From an uncultured Poribacteria bacterium (GTDB lineage: Bacteria; Poribacteria; WGA-4E; WGA-3G): a DNA stretch of 64,000 bases. Below, piece after piece: positions 8,320-17,986 of the stretch. Numbering within the stretch: position 1 is the stretch's first letter; each line of letters begins with the position of its first letter. The stretch covers positions 3,747,902 through 3,811,901 of the forward strand of contig CATQHZ020000001.1 of the NCBI GenBank assembly GCA_958296135.2. Reading direction: 5' to 3'. The position numbers and the translations under genes were made by a program. The notes under the pieces were generated by a model that saw nothing but the letters and a program-made list of their open reading frames with translations, ran no database searches and was not told where the DNA came from.

Positions 8320-11300
8320 CTAAGGGCTCCACCGCAGATCCAAGGTATACGGATACTCCGGATTAACATCATCGGGCGGCACATCTGCCGGGCCTACCTC
8401 CGAACCACCGGCCACAAACTGCCCCGAGGCAGGCAGCGCAGGCCGCTGTTCAACAACCCCCGGGGTATGCCCTTCGCCGGTAAACCGACTCACCCGTCGC
8501 GATTCCGCCTCGTAAGCGTTTACCGGCAATGTCTCATAATGGCGCCCACCGGGATGAGAGACATGATAGGTGCAGCCACCAATCGCGCGCCCATGCCACG
8601 TGTCAATCACGTCAAACACGAGCGGCGAGTGAATGCCAATAGTCGGATGCAGTGCTGATGGCGGCTGCCACGCCCGATACCGCACCGCCCCGACGTATTC
8701 GCCATGCGTGCCAGTACTGTGCAGCACCAAACGCTGTCCATTACACGTAACCGCATAACGAGAATCTGTCAATCCGCGCAATTTCACCTGCAGCCGTTCA
8801 ACCGACGAATCCACGAAACGCGAAGTGCCAACACGGGCGATCTCCTCGCCAAGCACATGCCAGGGCTCAATCGCCATCCGTAATTCCAAGGCTATCTCGC
8901 GGATGCTTACCGTGCCTAACTTTGGAAAGCGGAATTCAAAAAACGGAGCAAGCCACGCCATGTCAAACCGATACCCAGCCGCTTGCAACTCCGCGACGAC
9001 TTCCTCCATGTCCGCCTTGACATAGTGGTGTAGCATGAACCGGTCGTGCAATTCCGTTCCCCAGCGCACTAGTTCCCCGGTGTAAGGCGTGCTCCAAAAC
9101 CGCGCAATCAGCGCACGGATAAGGAGCATCTGCACCACGCTCATCTGTGCGTGCGGGGGCATCTCAAATGCACGCAGTTCCAGTAACCCAAGCCGCCCGC
9201 TCGCTGAATCCGGCGCATACAACTTATCAATGCAAAATTCCGCCCGGTGCGTGTTGCCCGTCAAATCTACTAGCAAATGCCGCAGCAACCTATCCGCAAG
9301 CCAGAGCGGCGGTTCTTCTACGGTTTGCAACCCCGCTGCTTTATCCGGAATCTGCTGAAACGCCACCTCCAATTCATACAATTGTTCATCGCGCCCCTCA
9401 TCAACGCGCGGTGCTTGACTCGTCGGCCCGATGAACGTCCCAGAAAACAGATAAGACAACCCCGGGTGATGCTGCCAATACGTAATGAGGCTCCGCAGCA
9501 AATCAGGGCGCCGCAACAACGGACTATCCGCCGGTGTCGGCCCACCGATGACGATGTGATTGCCGCCGCCTGTCCCCGTGTGCCGCCCATCCAGCATAAA
9601 CTTCTCTGCACTCAACCCCACCTGCCGCGCAGCTTCATAAAGCGTCGTGATATTATGAACGAGTTGATGCCAATTCTCCGCAGGCTGAATGTTCACCTCC
9701 ACTACGCCCGGGTCGGGTGCAACGCTAAGCAACTGAATCCGCCAATCCTGCGGTACCTCATACCCTTCTAAAATGACAGGGATGGCTAACGCCTCGGCTG
9801 TCGTCTCAACCGCAGCAAGGAGCGACAGATAATGTTCAAGATGCGTCAGAGGTGGCATGAAAACGTGCAACCGTCCCTCGCGCGGCTCAATACACACCGC
9901 GGTTTGAAAAACCTTTTTTTCCGAATCACTCTGGCCCTCGTCGGCACGGTTTTCAACCGCGCTCTCTTCTGGTTCCCGATTGCCAATCGCGTCCTCTATC
10001 TGCTGTGTGAGTGCCGCCCGCGCCTCCAACGGATCCCGTTCATAAATCTGCTCCTGCTCTTCAGACAGCGATTCAAGCGGCAGCCGATACCCCATCGGCG
10101 AATTGCCCGGCACCAAATACATCCGACTCTCTCTGAATTCCCACGCGCAACTCGCCCATCGCTCATCCTCCCATCGCAACGGTAACGCATAGCCGACCGG
10201 CTCACCGAGACTCTCCTCTCGTAGCAACTGCGCCAACCGCCGCCTCTCCGATGCCTCTTTAAAATTGAATTCAAGGGGATTGACGTTGACCGGCAGCTTG
10301 CTCTCTGTCCACAGAAAAAAGAGGCTGTCCTCATACCCCGGAGAAATATGCGAGCCATTAACACCCAAAACCGTCGCGAGGTGGCGCAAAAACCGTTCCG
10401 CATGTTCGCGCGTGAAGCCGTAATTCTTCTGCGGTTCAGCAAGCAACTTATCGTTTTTCCAAATAGGGATACCATCTTTCCGCCAAAAACACCCGAATTT
10501 CCAGCGCGGCAGCGGTTCACCGGGATACCATTTCCCTTGTCCATAAGTCAGCGCGCCGCCCGGTCCAAAACTTTCGCGCAGCCGCTTCAGCAACTGCATG
10601 GCAAGTTGCTGCTTTTCTGGGCTGTCCGCTTTGGTATCCCACTCAGCACCCTCCGCAGGCTCGGTATCCAAGCGCGCATCCTCTCCCGTAGGCGCGGTCT
10701 CCAAGCGCGCATCCTTCACAAAAGTCGGCTCTCCTCCCATCGTCAACCGAATATCCTCGCGCATTATCACCTCATCAACGTGCTCTCCGAGCGCGCAGAT
10801 CTCCTGCCACTGCGTCTGCGTGTAAGGTTTCGTAACGCGCGGGTCCTCGTGAATCCGATGCACCGTGTTGCGATACGTAAATTCGGTCTCGCACTTTCCC
10901 GTGGTGCCGGTGACAGGTGCTGCACTCACCGGTTCTGGCACGCACGCCAACGGGATATGTCCCTCACTCGCCAACAAGCCGGAAGTCGGATCGAGGCCTA
11001 TCCATCCCGCGCCCGGCGCGTAAACCTCGCACCACGCATGCAAATCGGTGAAATCCCGCGCGGTCCCGGCAGGGCCCTCAATCGGCTTCTGATCTGCAAC
11101 AAGCTGCACGAGGTACCCAGAGACAAACCGTGCCGCTAACCCCAAGTGCCGCAGCATCTGAACGAGCAACCACCCGGTATCCCGACAAGAGCCAGTCCCT
11201 CTCTCCAACGTCTCCTCACAAGCTCGAATGCCCGGCTCCATCCGAATGGTATATTTTATCTCCTCAGCAAGGCGACGATTGACCTCAACCAGAAAATCAA

Positions 11301-11730
11301 TTAATTTAGTGCCACTCTCCCGGTAGCGAATGTTTGCCAACCGCTCCATCAACCGCGGGCCACTCTCCTTCACTTCGAGAAAAGGTGCCAACTCTTTTTG
11401 AAGTTGCGCCTCATAGCAAAACGGATAACGCTCGGCACTCGCCTCAAGGAAAAAATCAAACGCGTTAATCGGTGTCATGTCGGCAACCAGAGCTACCTCA
11501 ACAGACAGGGTGCGAGTTGGCTCCGGAAAAATGACGCGCGCCTGATAATTTCCAAACGGATCTTGCTGCCAATTGATGAAATGTTCTTCCGGCTTAATTT
11601 TCAGCGAATACGCTTCAATCGGCGTTCGGCAATGCGCCGCAGGCTTCAACCGAAAAATATGCGGCGACAGCATCACCGTCCGGTCATAGCGATATTCAGA
11701 AAGATGGTGGATTGCTACATGAATTGCCAT
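8320..11730 (-). CDS. large transglutaminase-family protein with a long C-terminal extension (DUF2126-type)
   Basis: 1136-aa ORF. Start MAIHVAIHHLSEYRYD. Core GSCRDTGWLLVQMLRHLGLAARFVSGY ... DLHAWCEVY ... GLDPTSG (Cys/His/Asp context). About 800 further residues follow. Confidence 0.8.
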   Translation of the reverse strand: MAIHVAIHHLSEYRYDRTVMLSPHIFRLKPAAHCRTPIEAYSLKIKPEEHFINWQQDPFGNYQARVIFPEPTRTLSVEVALVADMTPINAFDFFLEASAERYPFCYEAQLQKELAPFLEVKESGPRLMERLANIRYRESGTKLIDFLVEVNRRLAEEIKYTIRMEPGIRACEETLERGTGSCRDTGWLLVQMLRHLGLAARFVSGYLVQLVADQKPIEGPAGTARDFTDLHAWCEVYAPGAGWIGLDPTSGLLASEGHIPLACVPEPVSAAPVTGTTGKCETEFTYRNTVHRIHEDPRVTKPYTQTQWQEICALGEHVDEVIMREDIRLTMGGEPTFVKDARLETAPTGEDARLDTEPAEGAEWDTKADSPEKQQLAMQLLKRLRESFGPGGALTYGQGKWYPGEPLPRWKFGCFWRKDGIPIWKNDKLLAEPQKNYGFTREHAERFLRHLATVLGVNGSHISPGYEDSLFFLWTESKLPVNVNPLEFNFKEASERRRLAQLLREESLGEPVGYALPLRWEDERWASCAWEFRESRMYLVPGNSPMGYRLPLESLSEEQEQIYERDPLEARAALTQQIEDAIGNREPEESAVENRADEGQSDSEKKVFQTAVCIEPREGRLHVFMPPLTHLEHYLSLLAAVETTAEALAIPVILEGYEVPQDWRIQLLSVAPDPGVVEVNIQPAENWHQLVHNITTLYEAARQVGLSAEKFMLDGRHTGTGGGNHIVIGGPTPADSPLLRRPDLLRSLITYWQHHPGLSYLFSGTFIGPTSQAPRVDEGRDEQLYELEVAFQQIPDKAAGLQTVEEPPLWLADRLLRHLLVDLTGNTHRAEFCIDKLYAPDSASGRLGLLELRAFEMPPHAQMSVVQMLLIRALIARFWSTPYTGELVRWGTELHDRFMLHHYVKADMEEVVAELQAAGYRFDMAWLAPFFEFRFPKLGTVSIREIALELRMAIEPWHVLGEEIARVGTSRFVDSSVERLQVKLRGLTDSRYAVTCNGQRLVLHSTGTHGEYVGAVRYRAWQPPSALHPTIGIHSPLVFDVIDTWHGRAIGGCTYHVSHPGGRHYETLPVNAYEAESRRVSRFTGEGHTPGVVEQRPALPASGQFVAGGSEVGPADVPPDDVNPEYPYTLDLRWSP

Positions 11731-11757
11731 TTTTGATATATCTGTCTCCTCGCGCGG

Positions 11758-12747
11758 CTAGTTATATTGACTTTGAACCTGTCCATTCGCCGCCGCGTCC
11801 TCAACGGGCCGCAGCGCAAAGAACATTTCATGAATATCCGCTCCAACGAGGTTGAGCTTCGTCTGGAATGCATCCAGAAACTCATGCAACCCGCTGGAGA
11901 GCACCTGCTTCACTTGTGCATAAGCAAATTCAGAACGGAGCTGCCCCAATCGCTGCTCTGCCGGGTTCGAGAACGTCTCCAAGGGCGTGCCAGAAATGGC
12001 GTGTAGGGATTCCTCGGCCCTGGAGAGGCAGTGTAGCACGGAGCGCGGAAATTCCCGGTCCAGCAACAAAAACTTGACGACCGGCGTCGGCGAGATGAGT
12101 CCGTAGGTGCGGCGATACATTTCAAACGCGCTTGCAGAATGCAACAGCGCACCCCACTGAATATCATCAAATGAGGTATCGATGTGCCAGACAGATGGCA
12201 AGAGAATGAAGTACTTCACATCAACGATGCGCGAGGTTTTGTCGGCCCGCTCAATCAACCGGCCAAGGCGGCAGAAGTGCCACCCCTCGCTGTGCGACAT
12301 GCTGTTATCTGTCAACCCTATAAACAGATGGGATGCCATTTTGATGTCACTGAAAAATTCATGAGGCTCCGCCATCGCCCACTCCTCCGCCGTCTCCATC
12401 ACCGTCAAATAGGCAAGATTGAGCTGCTCCCACATCTCCGATGAGATATTCTCACGGATAGAACGCGCATTCTCCCGTGCTGCGCGTAGGCAGGAGATAA
12501 TTGAGTTTGGATTTTTGGTGTCAAACGTGAGAAACCGAATCACCGCCTCCTGCGATGCTTCGCCGTATCGTTCGGCGAATACCTCATCGTCGCCTGTCGT
12601 GGCGACCAGGGGCTGCCACTGTGTCTCCATCCCCACAGGCAAATCCAGCATGAGGTGCAGATTCACATCCACAAACCGCGCAACGTTCTCCGCGCGCTCA
12701 ATGTAGCGGCTCATCCAATAAATCGATTCTGCTACGCGACTCAGCAT
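11758..12747 (-). CDS. alpha-E domain protein (COG2307-like)
   Basis: 329-aa ORF beginning MLSRVAESIYWMSRYIERAENVARF. A second conserved block reads GWHFCRLGRLIERADKTSRIVDVKY. Confidence 0.85.
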   Translation of the reverse strand: MLSRVAESIYWMSRYIERAENVARFVDVNLHLMLDLPVGMETQWQPLVATTGDDEVFAERYGEASQEAVIRFLTFDTKNPNSIISCLRAARENARSIRENISSEMWEQLNLAYLTVMETAEEWAMAEPHEFFSDIKMASHLFIGLTDNSMSHSEGWHFCRLGRLIERADKTSRIVDVKYFILLPSVWHIDTSFDDIQWGALLHSASAFEMYRRTYGLISPTPVVKFLLLDREFPRSVLHCLSRAEESLHAISGTPLETFSNPAEQRLGQLRSEFAYAQVKQVLSSGLHEFLDAFQTKLNLVGADIHEMFFALRPVEDAAANGQVQSQYN

Positions 12748-12884
12748 AATCCTATTCCGCTCCCTAGAACTTATGATACTCTGGACAAATCTATCCTAAT
12801 CTGACCTGTCCTCTTATCTGTCGTAGTTGCTGTTTCAACGCGGCTTGCCTCCGAGTGAGGTCTTATAGTCGCTCCGCAGCCGTT

Positions 12885-14023
12885 TTACCTCTCCGTCAAG
12901 CTCGCGGCGAGGTTTCTTAAATTATGCGCGGCATTCAAGTCGCGGTCGATGACCACGCCACATGCCTCGCAGTGATATGTCCGCTCCGAAAGGGACAACT
13001 TCGTCTTCTTATTCCCGCAAGCACTGCACGTCTTCGATGACGGGAAGTTCAACGGTGCTTCGATAATCTCAACGCCGTGTGCCTCTGCCTTATACCGAAG
13101 CATCGTCAGGAAACCACTTAATGACGCATCGCTCAACGCCTTTGCAAGACGGCGGTTTTTCAACAAGCCTGCTACGCGTAGACGCTCGATGCCGAGAACG
13201 TCAGCCGCTTTCACAATCGCTGTGCTGGTTTTCCTTGTGATGGGCATCCTCACGGAGACAGCAGATACGATAGTGACTCTTCTGAACGCGGAACTGCTTC
13301 CGATACCAGTTTCTGCTTCGGTAAACCGAACGAGATAGCTGACGCTGCGCACGCCGCAACTTCCGTAGATAGCGGTAGAGTGCCTTCGGGTTTTCAAACT
13401 CAACACCATCGGATGTCACAGCAAGTGTCTTGATGCCAACATCAACACCAACTACCCGCATAGGAACCGCCTCAGAACGCACCCGTGGCGCACTGTCGGA
13501 AACCACCTTCACGAGAAACGATAGAAACCACCTTCACGAGAACCGATAGAAACCACCTGCCTGCACGTTTTGAGACGACACACCGACGAATCTCGCCACG
13601 CCAACGCAACTTCTCGCGCAGGCGAACCCAGCCAATCTTCGGAAGGTTGACACGCTTTTTCTCTACCTTCACCGTGCCTGCGCCGTTGTCAGCTTGGTAG
13701 GAACTCCTACCAGATCGGTTCTTATAGCGCGGGAAACGGTTTTGTTTAGATATCCAGCGTTTCACTGCATCACCGAGATTGCAAATCCCATTCTTCGATG
13801 CATTTTGACTGAGCTCGCGGCACCACGGATAGCGTTCATCTTTCACGGCGTTGAACCGTTTGCGCAAGTCCCTATCGGATAGGAATTCATCGCGATCGAG
13901 TGCCGCCTTGAATTCCGAGAGCGCATGGTTACGTGCCACGCGGGCATAGCCGCAGTGCTTTGCAAGTAGCGTCGCCTGCTTATTATTCGGGTCCAACGCA
14001 ATTAAATGCGCTTTCAATGCCAT
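12885..14023 (-). pseudogene. tnpB: tnpB (RuvC-like RNA-guided nuclease family) disrupted by two frameshifts
   Basis: Three ORF fragments (13472-14023, 13201-13512, 12885-13409) together give a full TnpB. It has N-terminal MALKAHLIALDPNNKQ, RuvC-I GVDVGIK, RuvC-II LGIERL, zinc ribbon CSACG...CEACG and RuvC-III DRDLNAAHN. Break 1 is a 25-bp tandem duplication (13499-13523 / 13524-13548). Break 2 is a 1-nt change in an A4 run (13229-13232). Confidence 0.85.
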
Positions 14024-14130
14024 AGGCGTCACCGTTCGCCGTTGTTTTTCCTTCCTACTCAGGTAAGGTGGAGGTGAGAGACACGGCGGGATGCCGCGCT
14101 TAGTAGGGCTCACCTCCCAACGGTAACTAC

Positions 14131-14159
14131 ATTCTACCACAAATCCAAGCCGACTGCAA
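14131..14159 (-). promoter_or_regulatory. promoter inside the TnpB element (TTGCAG-N17-TAGAAT with a TGTGG extended -10)
   Basis: The minus strand reads TTGCAG (14159-14154), a 17-nt spacer ending in TTTGTGG, then TAGAAT (14136-14131). It lies ~100 nt upstream of the tnpB ATG. Confidence 0.45.
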
Positions 14160-14236
14160 GTCAAAATGCACATCGATAGATTAGGGTAGGTTCTGCTAGA
14201 TTCTCATAGAGTTCTCGCCACTGCACCGAGCCCCAT

Positions 14237-15691
14237 TTACGATGCATTCGACAACACCCACGTATCCTTACTCCCGCCGCCCTGCGAAGAGTTCACGACG
14301 AGTGAGCCCTTCTTAAGCGCGACGCGCGTCAATCCACCAGGGAGGACATAAATCTCCTCGCCATAGAGGATAAACGGCCGCAAGTCAACGTGTCTGCCTT
14401 GAAAGTGCCACTTGGCATTGTCATCAATCAGCACAGGCACGCGCGAGAGGGCCAGCGTCGGCTGTGCAATGTAGTTGCGCGGATTCGCCTGAATGCGCCG
14501 AGCGAACTCCTCCTGCTCCGCTTTGGTGGAATGCGGGCCAATTAGCATCCCATACCCACCCGACTCGTTAGCGGCTTTGATAACGAGCTCATCCAGATGC
14601 TCCAGCACGTACTTCCGGTCGGAATCCTCCCAACACATATACGTTGGGACGTTCGGCACGATAATCTCTTCGCCGAGGTAATACTTGATAATCTTCGGCA
14701 CAAACGCGCACACCACCTTATCATCGGCAACGCAAGTGCCAGGAGCATTGACAAGCGCGATGCGCCCAGCTTGGTAAACCTCCATCAGCCCCGGCACACC
14801 TAGCATCGATTCTGACTGGAACACTTTCGGATCCAAGAAATCATCGTTAATCCGGCGATAGAGGACATCAACGCGCTCAAACCCCTTCGTCGTCCGCATG
14901 TGCAGAAACCCGTCAAGCACAACCAGATCGCGGCCCTCCACCAATTCCACCCCCATCTGCTGCGCGAGGAAGGAATGCTCAAAATAGGCAGAATTGTAGA
15001 CACCCGGCGTAAGGACAGCAACCTTCGGCGCGCTGATCTTGTCGTTTGCAAGGTATTGGAGCATGTTCAGCAAACGGCTCGGATAATCTTCCACTGGCTC
15101 AATCCGCGACATCCCAAACAGCTGCGGAAACGTCCGCTTCATCAGGTTCCGATTCTCCAACACGTAGGAGACTCCCGATGGACACCCGAGGTTGTCCTCC
15201 AACACATAATACTGGCCATCGCTGTCGCGCACCAAGTCTGTCCCGGTGATATGGCACCAGATGCGGCGCGGCGGGTTCAAACCGATGCACGGCTCAAGAT
15301 ACCGGTCGGACGAAAGCACGACATCCGCCGGCACCACGCCATCCTTGAGAATCTTCTGTTCGTGGTAGACATCATCAATGAACAGATTCAAGGCGTGAAT
15401 ACGCTGCTTAAGCCCGCGTTCTATCCACGCCCATTCGCTCGCGGCGATGATGCGCGGGATGAGGTCGAAGGGAAAAATCTTCTCAACGCCTTGTTCATCG
15501 GCATAGACGTTGAACGTAATGCCCATTTGCAGCAGCGCACGTTCGGCCGCAATCTGCCGACGCAGCAGTTCTCCAACTGGCAGCCGGTCGATATTTTCTA
15601 CCAACATCTGCGCGGCCGGGCGCGGGCTACCATCCGGTGCAAACATCTCATCAAAAAAATCGTCCGTGGAATATCCATCAAATATTGACAT
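14237..15691 (-). CDS. circularly permuted type-2 ATP-grasp protein (COG2308-like)
   Basis: The ORF track gives 14237-15775. The first 28 codons are translated repeat sequence, so I start at ATG 15691 (MSIFDGYSTDDFFDEMF). Ends ...GGGSKDTWVLSNAS. Confidence 0.85.
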   Translation of the reverse strand: MSIFDGYSTDDFFDEMFAPDGSPRPAAQMLVENIDRLPVGELLRRQIAAERALLQMGITFNVYADEQGVEKIFPFDLIPRIIAASEWAWIERGLKQRIHALNLFIDDVYHEQKILKDGVVPADVVLSSDRYLEPCIGLNPPRRIWCHITGTDLVRDSDGQYYVLEDNLGCPSGVSYVLENRNLMKRTFPQLFGMSRIEPVEDYPSRLLNMLQYLANDKISAPKVAVLTPGVYNSAYFEHSFLAQQMGVELVEGRDLVVLDGFLHMRTTKGFERVDVLYRRINDDFLDPKVFQSESMLGVPGLMEVYQAGRIALVNAPGTCVADDKVVCAFVPKIIKYYLGEEIIVPNVPTYMCWEDSDRKYVLEHLDELVIKAANESGGYGMLIGPHSTKAEQEEFARRIQANPRNYIAQPTLALSRVPVLIDDNAKWHFQGRHVDLRPFILYGEEIYVLPGGLTRVALKKGSLVVNSSQGGGSKDTWVLSNAS

Positions 15692-15723
15692 TGCAATCTG
15701 CTCTCTTTCAGGCCGCCGGGCTA

Positions 15724-15772
15724 CCGTAGGGCGCGGGCCCGGCAATCGCGAATCGCCGAGGGTTCCCCTCGC
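15724..15772 (+). repeat. family-2 GTAG nested-palindrome repeat
   Basis: ccGTAGGGCGCGGGCCCGGCAATCGCGAATCGCCGAGGGTTCCCCTCGCC. Confidence 0.85.
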
Positions 15773-15834
15773 CATGCATCGTTCGTCCTAGGGCGGCACC
15801 ACTTGTGTTAATTTACCATATCTTTCCACAAATG

Positions 15835-16590
15835 TCAAATTTTGGAAGGACGATCTGGCGGCTGGGGCTGCGACTCAAACCCATAAATCCGACGCATTAC
15901 CGGTGTAGCGCGGGCAACTACCGCCGGCTCCAAATAATGCACGAAATCAAACATCGGTTTGATAAAGGAACGGCAACAGAAACAAATCAACGCAATCCGC
16001 GCCCGTCCGGTCTTATTCGCACCCGCAGAATGCCAGACTGCGCCGTTAAACAGAAATACCGAACCCTTCGGTGCAGACAGCCGCACCTCATCGGGATGAT
16101 GCGTCGTGCCAGGCGGCGGCTTCACCCCTCGCCGATGAATGCCCGGCACATACCGCGTGCCGCCGTTTTCCGGCGTAAAATCGTCCAGCAACCACAGGCT
16201 ATTCGCCACGACAGGAAAACTCGGCAGGGGTTCCGGCATCGTGCCGAGCACGCTATCCACATGGTAACCTCCATCCGGCGCACCCGGTTCAATGATGTTG
16301 GAGGTAAGCGTGCTGAGCGTGTAATCCTCGCCGAGCAGGTATTCAAAAAACGGCATCACTTTCGGCCGGGCAACGAGCTGCTCGTAAATCTCACCCTTGT
16401 TCACCAACCACCGAACGTGTTGCCCGTGGTCATCGGTATGCCGGCGCGCGGCGCCAGCCCGCCGCTCCGCCGCTGCGAGGCGCAGCAAATCAGCCCGATA
16501 CATATCGAGCTCCGCTGGAGCAAGCACATCGGGAATCACGATGCATCCCTGCTCATCCAATTGCCGCTTTTGCGCTTCAGTAATACCCAT
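15835..16590 (-). CDS. phytanoyl-CoA dioxygenase (PhyH) family Fe(II)/2-oxoglutarate oxygenase
   Basis: Start moved to ATG 16590 (RBS GGGAGGAAG; MGITEAQKRQLDEQGCIVIPDVL). Contains GGYHVDS and AVWHSAGAN motifs. Confidence 0.7.
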   Translation of the reverse strand: MGITEAQKRQLDEQGCIVIPDVLAPAELDMYRADLLRLAAAERRAGAARRHTDDHGQHVRWLVNKGEIYEQLVARPKVMPFFEYLLGEDYTLSTLTSNIIEPGAPDGGYHVDSVLGTMPEPLPSFPVVANSLWLLDDFTPENGGTRYVPGIHRRGVKPPPGTTHHPDEVRLSAPKGSVFLFNGAVWHSAGANKTGRARIALICFCCRSFIKPMFDFVHYLEPAVVARATPVMRRIYGFESQPQPPDRPSKI

Positions 16591-16604
16591 TTTGCTTCCT
16601 CCCT

Positions 16605-17822
16605 TTACGCCGCAAAATCCTTCAGACACTCCTCATACACGCGAAACCGTTCGCCTTCTTGCTCTTCCGCATCGACAAGCTTGAGCCACAGCGCGCTATC
16701 CTTATGCGCACCGCTCAACTGCCGGCGACTGCCGAGATGCGCCGGATCCGGCCCGCTCCATACCACCTCGCCGCCCTGCAAATAGATGAAATTCCCGCGA
16801 TACCGGTCGATCAGCGATTTCTGGTTCTCCAAATAAACCAGCCCCTGCTCACATGTTGTCCGCCGCCAATTCGCAACCGTTTCAGGGCTATCTGTCTCCA
16901 CTGAATCGAACTCCGCCAACGGCGCGGTAACTTCGCTCGTCCAATCAATCTCGTCAAGGTTTACCGTGCCGTATCCGCGACGCGCAGCGATGAGGATATG
17001 GTTCCGGTCCCGTTTGAAAGGCGGTGTCGGCCAATCCGACCTCGGGTCGTGCCCCATCAGATGCATGCCGATGGTATCGGTTGCAATGGGATGGTCTCCT
17101 GCAATAAGCGCGTTACAGATTCTGCCTTCGCCGCCCCATTCGCGGCCCCACTGCCCCGTCAGCGCGTCAATGATATTGAGGCACGGCTTCGTTATCAACG
17201 CAAGATCGGGCAGCACATAAGAGAGACGAATCAGGTGGTGATAATAGCTGCGCGTTCTGCCTTCTGGCAGCAACATCGGCGGCAACCCGAACAGATTCTT
17301 GGTGCATAACGTAATGCCCATGAAGGCATGATTTTTCATTTTCGCCACAGAGACGACAGCATCCGCATCGTCAAAACAAGCACTCAGCGTGTAACGATCG
17401 AACATTGAACCGCCGCCGGGGACATCGTAAACCTTAAACGGTGGCAGGTTAGAATCGACAAAATCCACCCCGAATTCTTTGAGGTGATGTTCATAATTAA
17501 AACCGGGCGGCATCCGATGCCCGTGCGTATATGGATTCGTATCCGTAGCCACAATTTGCGCGCGCGTATGCTCCTTCAGCAGCCGAAACACCGCTCGGCA
17601 CACTGCATCGTCCACCAATTCTCTTCGTCGGCCCTCGTAGTAGATAATCCGCTCGTGCGGCTTCATCATATTCAGTTTGATGACAACCTTGTTAGCCGTT
17701 TCAATGGGTTTCCAGGCGCGTGTCAACGGATCGGTAATCCGGCGCAGCGTCTGATAAATTTCTTCTTCTGTCGCCCGATAATCACAATGCGCCGCCCGCA
17801 CCTTAAACTGTTTTTCCATCAT
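16605..17822 (-). CDS. DUF362-domain protein with a ~100-aa C-terminal extension
   Basis: 405-aa ORF. KVVIKLNMMKPH..., VAKMKNHAFMGITLCTKNLFG and IIDALTGQ blocks are typical of DUF362. Confidence 0.65.
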   Translation of the reverse strand: MMEKQFKVRAAHCDYRATEEEIYQTLRRITDPLTRAWKPIETANKVVIKLNMMKPHERIIYYEGRRRELVDDAVCRAVFRLLKEHTRAQIVATDTNPYTHGHRMPPGFNYEHHLKEFGVDFVDSNLPPFKVYDVPGGGSMFDRYTLSACFDDADAVVSVAKMKNHAFMGITLCTKNLFGLPPMLLPEGRTRSYYHHLIRLSYVLPDLALITKPCLNIIDALTGQWGREWGGEGRICNALIAGDHPIATDTIGMHLMGHDPRSDWPTPPFKRDRNHILIAARRGYGTVNLDEIDWTSEVTAPLAEFDSVETDSPETVANWRRTTCEQGLVYLENQKSLIDRYRGNFIYLQGGEVVWSGPDPAHLGSRRQLSGAHKDSALWLKLVDAEEQEGERFRVYEECLKDFAA

Positions 17823-17951
17823 ATCCCTCGCCTCACAATCTTGTTTCTTTTAAAATAACATCTTGTCCAAAAATTATCAAGACATTTTTTATCTCCTCCC
17901 ACGTTAAATCCCCCGCGCACCGTCCCGCGCGGTCCTGTCCCACGCAAACAC

Positions 17952-17986
17952 CTGCAGAAACAAAAAACGCCCGCAGCCCGGAGGCC
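17952..17986. terminator. bidirectional Rho-independent terminator-like hairpin inside a repeat block (17900-18030)
   Basis: AAAAAACGCCC-N15-GGGCGTTTTT, downstream of the lipoprotein gene stop (18100). A near-identical copy lies at 19097-19132. Confidence 0.6.

Larger units (their letters stand above)
12765..14216 (-). mobile_element. TnpB-only IS200/IS605-family-like element (decayed), bracketed by imperfect ~42-bp inverted repeats
   Basis: It sits exactly between the ATP-grasp stop (14237) and the alpha-E start (12747). 12765-12806 is roughly 70 percent identical to the reverse complement of 14174-14216 (shared AGAACT.TATGA...CTA(T/C)CCTAATCT). No Y1 transposase (TnpA) gene is present. Confidence 0.7.

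Noticed and set aside
10348-11139. 263-aa plus-strand ORF inside the large transglutaminase gene.
   Set aside because: Shadow ORF opposite an 1136-aa open frame with a catalytic-core motif.
13201-13512. Treating the tnpB fragments as a programmed frameshift gene.
   Set aside because: One break is a 25-bp tandem duplication, which is not a slippery site. Two independent disruptions are more consistent with decay, though a read-level check is still needed.
14900-16785. Plus-strand ORFs of 262 aa (14900-15688) and 326 aa (15805-16785).
   Set aside because: They are antisense to the ATP-grasp and PhyH genes, which have recognisable family motifs. Their sequences are Arg/Pro/His-rich and low in complexity.
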